Source: an uncultured Chloroflexia bacterium (GTDB lineage: Bacteria; Chloroflexota; Limnocylindria; Limnocylindrales; CSP1-4). From it: DNA of 64,000 nucleotides. Shown here in pieces: positions 58,737 to 64,000 of this stretch. Each line of letters opens with the position of its first letter. Positions within the stretch are counted from its first letter, which is position 1. The notes under the pieces are model-generated. The model was not told where the DNA came from, made no database searches, and saw nothing but the letters and a program-made list of their open reading frames with translations. The stretch is from contig CAWHXD010000019.1 in NCBI GenBank assembly GCA_963833225.1, forward strand, positions 832,001 to 896,000, read 5' to 3'. The translations under genes were made by a program, and so were the position numbers.

Positions 58737-59973
58737 TCACCCCGAGCGCACCGATGACCCCCAGCGCCGTGTAGCCCACGATGGCCATCACGAACCCGGA
58801 GCCCAGGCTGGCCGCGGCCGCGGAGCTCCAGATCATCGCGTCGGCCACGCCCTGGATCCGTGTCCGCTCGTGGATCTCGAGGCTGCCAGAGAGCAGCGCG
58901 GACCCGGCCACGAACCCGAAGTTCCAGCCGAGGCCCAGCAGGAACAGCGCGAGCAGGAGGAGGTTCCCTCCGTCGGCCGGTGCCAGCGCGGCCATCAGGG
59001 ACGAGACCGCGAGCACCGCCGTGCCCAGGAAGATCACGGCGACCGGCCCAAACCGGTCCGACAGCCGCCCTGAGACCGGTGAGAAGGCGAACATCCCCAG
59101 GGTGTGCGCCGACAGCACGATCCCCACAGCGCCCAGGTCGTGGCCGTGCTCGGTCATGTGGAGCGGCGTCATGGTCATGATCAGGACCATCACGAGCTGG
59201 CTGAACACGAGCGCCACGATCGCCGCCGTGACCGTGGGTCGCCGAAGGATCTCCCGCAGCGGCGCCGTGGGGATCTTCACGTCCGGCCGGTGGATTGCGT
59301 CCTCGTCCGCGAGCTCGTACGGGTCCGGCCGGAGCATCACGAACGAGAGGATCGCGGCGATCCCGACGAACAGCACCGGGACCAGGTACGGCCCCGCCAG
59401 CGGTGGCAGCCCGACGCTCTCGGCGATGCCCGAGGCGAGCGGCACCATCTGGGGCCCGATCACGGACCCCACCGTGGACGCCCAGACGATCAGGCTGATC
59501 GCCGACGCCCGCCTGGCGAGCGGCGCCATGTCCGCATTCGTGTACCGGGACAGCTGGTTGGAGGCGTTGCCAAAGCCGATCAGCAACGTGCCCAGCAGCA
59601 GCAGCGGGAAGGAGCGGGTGAGGACGGCGGCCGTTGCGACCAGCGCCCCCACCACCCCGATCGAGTAGCCGAGGACCAGGCCGCGCCGCCGTCCCACGCG
59701 GGACATGTACGCCGACAGCAGGACGGCGCCCAGGGCAGCGCCCAGCACCACGGCGGCGCCCGGGGCCCCGGCGAGGAGCTGCGAGCCGAGCAGGTCCTTG
59801 GCAACGATGGTCGCCACCGTGACCGCAGCGATGTACCCGGTGCTGCCCAGCGCGACGCCGGCCACGAGCGAGGCCGTTGCGCGGCGGCGCCCGGCCGTGA
59901 CCTGCTCCGGCGTCCGGGTCGGGGGCGCAGGGGCGCCCCGGGCGGCGGGGATGGCGGGCGCGGCGTCGCTCAT
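58669..59973 (-). CDS. MFS transporter
   Basis: About 12 TM segments; MSRVGRRRG and GRLSDRFG motif A copies. Confidence 0.9.
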   Translation of the reverse strand: MSDAAPAIPAARGAPAPPTRTPEQVTAGRRRATASLVAGVALGSTGYIAAVTVATIVAKDLLGSQLLAGAPGAAVVLGAALGAVLLSAYMSRVGRRRGLVLGYSIGVVGALVATAAVLTRSFPLLLLGTLLIGFGNASNQLSRYTNADMAPLARRASAISLIVWASTVGSVIGPQMVPLASGIAESVGLPPLAGPYLVPVLFVGIAAILSFVMLRPDPYELADEDAIHRPDVKIPTAPLREILRRPTVTAAIVALVFSQLVMVLIMTMTPLHMTEHGHDLGAVGIVLSAHTLGMFAFSPVSGRLSDRFGPVAVIFLGTAVLAVSSLMAALAPADGGNLLLLALFLLGLGWNFGFVAGSALLSGSLEIHERTRIQGVADAMIWSSAAAASLGSGFVMAIVGYTALGVIGALGVIIPVVVLVSHRRTMRRIAVPPV

Positions 59974-60023
59974 GGGCGCCGACGATACCTTGGCTGGAGT
60001 GGATTGGATGCCGTGCGTGCCGG

Positions 60024-63000
60024 TCAACGAGGGGCGATCTGGGCGGCCTCCAGGGCCATGCACAGCCCGTTGGCCAGCTGCATCTGGCGCGGCGTATGGC
60101 AGGCGACCCTCAGCAGCGCGGGGGAGCAGACGACCGCGGCCACGCAGCGGGCCCGCGATGTCGCGACGTTCAGGCGGTTGAGCGAGTAGAGGAACTCCAT
60201 CCCGCGCGGGGCGTCCTCGGGTGCCGAGGTCCCCATCGCATAGATGCTGATCGGCCGCTCCTGGCCCTGGAACCGGTCGACGGTCCCCACGAATGGAGCG
60301 CCCAGGCCGGCGCGTGAGAAGGCCTTCTCGATCGCCGCCACGTGCGCGTTGTAGGGCGCGACGATCACCACATCGCCCAGCGTGATCGGTCGTTCGGTGT
60401 CGCTGGCGTCGATCCACGACGGCCCGACCCGGAGGAGCGCGCCGACCAGTGCCGCGACGGCCTCCGCCTCCTCGACGGAGTCCGTGGTGTTGCCCGCGTG
60501 CACCACGGGCAGGTGCTGCATGCCCGCTCCCGAGAGGAGCCCGCTTCCCGTGACCGCCTGCCGCTCGAGTCCCGCGACCGGTCGCAGCCGGCCCTCGTAG
60601 AACGCCTCCGAGGTGAAGTCGCAGACCCGCGGGTGGAGCCGCCAGGTCTCCTCGAGGAAGATGCCCTCGTCGGGTGCGATGGTCGCCCGACCGGCGAGAA
60701 GGTGCCCGAGCGCGCTCAGCTCAGCACCCGGCGGATGGGAGCCCTGGGTTGGCTGATCCAGCTGCTGCGGATCGCCCAGGAGCACCAATCCGCGCGAGGC
60801 CGGTGCGCAGGCGACGGTGTTGGCGAGGCTCAGCTGGCCCGCTTCGTCCACGAACAGCACGTCGAGCAGGGGCTCAGGCAGCGCCATCTCCGGCCGGCAC
60901 CAGGTCCAGGACACGGCGCCGACCACGTCGAGGTCGCCGTCGCGCAGGCTGCGGGCGACGGCGGCATTGTCCGTGAGCGGCGCTGCCCCGGCGAAGGTCG
61001 GCGCCTGGCTCTTCTTTGGCTTCTGGCCGATACGGACCGGCCGCGTCAGCTGACCGGAGGCGGCGAGCGCGGCGGCGGCCTTGGCGACCTCGGCGAGGAG
61101 GTTGCCGATGACCTTGTGGCTGTTCGCAACGACGCCCACCCGCTGGCCCTGCTGGACCAGGGCCACGATCATGCGGGCGCCGGTATAGGTCTTGCCCGAG
61201 CCCGGGGGTCCCTGGATGGCCAGCACCTTGCCCGCGAGCTCAGGAGCCAGCCGGACGGCCGCATCGAGGGGTCGCTCACCCGGGCGCACCAGCGGCACGC
61301 CGGCGACGGTGCCGGGGCGGCGCCGCAGCAGCAGCGCCCGGGCTGCCCCAAGGTCGGGCGTGCCGTCGGGCACGAAGAACGGGTCGGCGAGGCCGTGCCT
61401 GGCCACCCACTCGCCGGTCCGCAGCAGGCTCTCGGAGAGCTCCTTGGTGGGAATGACCTCCAGCGGCACCAGCGCCGTGGGCAGCGGCGTGCCGGCCAGG
61501 CTCGGGCCACGCTTGAGCTGGATCCGACGGCGCACCTCGTCCACCGCCATCACGTCGCCGGCCGACGCCCCCGTCGAGGGATCACGCACGGTTGCGTCCG
61601 GGTCGACCTTGTGGTCCTGCTCGGGAAACTCGAAGGTCCAGACCTTCGACGACTTCTCGATGCGAGGCGCTCCCACGACGACGAGCCCGGCGAGGGGCTC
61701 CTTCTCGTCGCGCAGCTCGTCCTCGCCCAGTCTCAGGAGCTCGAGATATCGCCACCAGGCCGAACTTGTCCTCGCGCCGGTGCCAGGCAAGGAGTTGGGC
61801 GAGCAGCCAGCGGCCGTTCGCATCCGGGTTCGTCGCGCGCTCCGCCGGGTCTGCCGTGACGTCGCCGGCGAGCTGGATCGTCAGCGCCGCGACGCGCCGC
61901 TCCCGCTCGTCGAGGTCCCCCTTGGCCAGGCCGGAGTCAATGACGGCCTGGGCAGGCTGCGGCCCTCGCGCGTCTCCAGCTCGGCCCGGCGCCCTTCCAA
62001 CCAGTCCCGCAGGCGCAGGTTGGAGACCACGTCGTCGCGGTTGTAGCCCTCGATCCCGGCCAGGATCCGCGGGCCATCCTCAACGGGATCGTCGGGTCCC
62101 AGCTCCAGCCAGGTCTCGAAGGCGACGATCGAGGATCCTGCATCCTTGAGGTCCACCTCCCGCATCGAGGCCATCGAGCGGCTCGATCCGCTTGATCGAG
62201 TAGCTCTCCACGCCGGCACGAAGCCCCTGGCGGACGACGCGGAACAGGTCGACCAGCAGCTCGGCCCGCAGGATGCGGTCGAACCTCGGCCTCACGGGTG
62301 CCGTGGACGCTGCGCCAGGCGACCAAGCGCGGTGTGCTCGTAGGCGGCGTAGTGGTAGACGTCATCGCCGGGTCCCGCGCCCAGCGGTCCATGATCAGGT
62401 GAACGGTACTGCTCGAAGGCGGCCTTCTTCGGCGGCCCAGGTGACCCAACCCTCGCGGTCGAGGCTCCAGGATCGAGTGGAACCTCGGGACGGGTCCCAG
62501 CGACCCATCCGTCCCGCCCGGCTCGTCGACCCCGGCCCATCGCTGCGTCTTCCTCGGTCAGGCGCGGCTCGAGGAATCCAAACAGGTACGTCGACGCCCT
62601 CGTCGAGGGCGAACGGGTCGCCCTCGAGATCCAGGAACAGATCGCCATGGCTGGGGAAGGGCAGGCCGAGCAGCCCGCGGCCGGGCACGGCTCGCCATCC
62701 ACGCCGAGGTCGAGCGGCAGCAGCTCATAGCGAACCTCTCCCGCGTCCTCCGACTCGACCTGGATCCGCGCCTGCTCCCGGATCCCGGCCGGTGCGGCGG
62801 GCTGATCCCGACCACGCGTTCCACGGGCGGCAGCTGGAGACCGGCCAGCGCGCGGCGAGTCGACACGCCCCGGCCCTTGAGCGCCTTTCGCTGCCGCGTG
62901 GCGGCGCCCGCGACGCGGCTCAGGTCATCGTCCGCGCGCCGGCGGGCGCGGCACTCCGGTGCCCAGCGGCAGACCAGGCAGTGCTCGACCGGCTCCGGAT

Positions 63001-63724
63001 ACGTCGCCACGGGAGGGTAGGTGGGCTCGGCAGCGACGGCTCCCAGCACGCCGACAGCCGTCGCGAAGTCCGCCTTGACGCGGCGGAAGTACGCCATGTA
63101 GTCATCGACCCGAAGCGTCTCGGTCTGGCGTTGCCGACCCCCGAGGACGACATGAAGGCGTTCCGGACGGTGGCCCTGGACCTCCGTCAGCTGGTCCACG
63201 TACGAGCAGATCTGCAGGATCGCGGATGCCTTGACGTGACGGGCGAGCTTCGTGTCCGCCACCTCGTAGTGCCACGGGCCCAACGCGCTGTCAGGCGTGC
63301 CCGGTTGATGGTCGACCCGGAGCAGAAAGTCCGCGTGACCGCGCCAGGTGCCGTCGAAGAAGGTGGCCTGGTAGATGACGTCCGCCCCGCCGCGGAGGGC
63401 GGCTCGGGTCTCGTCCGCCGCCGCCCGGAGATCAGCCCCGGCGTCACTCGGGACCCGCGCCCCGCCGTCCGTGATCGGAGCCGCCGCGGATCCGTCCTTC
63501 TCGATCTCCACCACCCGCCGGCCGTCTGCGCGCAAGTCCGCGAGGAAGCGCCGCTCGTGCTCCAGGCCCCGCTTGGCGACCAGCTCGATCGTCGGGTCGT
63601 TGCGCACGGGCTTCTTCACCAGCCCATGCATGGCGGCCCGTTCAAGCGCGAATCGGTGCTCGCAGGCGAGGAACCCCACCAGATCCGTGGCGGCAAACAC
63701 CGGGCGACCGTCGATCAGCTGCAT
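60024..63724 (-). CDS. TM0106 family RecB-like nuclease fused to an SF1 helicase (several frameshifts)
   Basis: GHADFL...ADTKLAR; DLFLDLEGDP, YHYAAYE, SYSIK and YNRDD fragments; QGPPGSGKT, VDEAGQ, GDPQQL, TVDRFQGQE and NVATSRA helicase motifs. Confidence 0.85.
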
Positions 63725-63801
63725 GTCCAGCCATCGTACGGGCCAGCCATGCCACCTCGCCTGTCACGACGGACACCGGCTTCCGACCGTAGACTGCGCG
63801 A

Positions 63802-64000
63802 GTGGACGTTCCACGCAAGCCGCCCAATCGAATCGACGAGCACGGGGTTCGGCACGTCGCCCCCACGTGGGAGAGCCTCGTCGACCGCCAGATCCGCGAG
63901 GCCATCGAGGAGGGCAAGTTCGACGACCTCCCGTACACCGGCCGGCCGCTGCCAACCCTGGACGACAGCGCGGCGGGGGAGTGGGCGATGGCCTATCGGA
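63802..64000 (+). CDS. DUF1992 domain protein (partial)
   Basis: Manual translation WESLVDRQIREAIEEGKFDDLPYTGRPL. TAGACT -10 lies 6 nt before the GTG. Confidence 0.85.
   Translation, partial: MDVPRKPPNRIDEHGVRHVAPTWESLVDRQIREAIEEGKFDDLPYTGRPLPTLDDSAAGEWAMAYR

Overview
High-GC bacterial chromosomal segment. Gene content suggests Chloroflexota, possibly Limnocylindria-like; this is an inference and was not tested. About ten otherwise intact genes carry 1-nt frameshifts, which points to an unpolished long-read assembly. In order, the window holds: an EamA transporter; a galactoside locus (galK, GH36 alpha-galactosidase, GH2 beta-galactosidase, sugar ABC transporter, DeoR regulator, galT); argH; a DUF4242 / secreted protein / LAL-regulator module; adenosine deaminase; an orphan GAF kinase; the argCJBRG operon with tandem ARG boxes; an ABC exporter; trxB; an F420 cluster (cofE, cofC, cofD, two LLM enzymes, a PPOX enzyme) interrupted by agmatine deiminase and an O-methyltransferase; MTAP, IMPase, DUF4332, a 5'-3' exonuclease and pncA; aceE; FTR1; two PQQ/GSDH beta-propellers; MarR-YceI; an amidinotransferase-M20-GNAT cluster; an MFS transporter; and a TM0106 nuclease-helicase. 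No rRNA, tRNA, CRISPR array or transposase was recognised. The best candidates for new biology are: (1) an XRE-HTH / PD-(D/E)XK-like gene embedded among tandem repeats and a 161-bp inverted-repeat-bounded structured element (44.8-46.1 kb); (2) a leaderless 22-codon uORF ending Arg-Arg and coupled to argC; (3) an 18-bp palindrome shared by a LAL regulator and the DUF4242 / secreted-protein pair; (4) a CsoR-type operator upstream of a TrxB with an unusual N-terminal extension.
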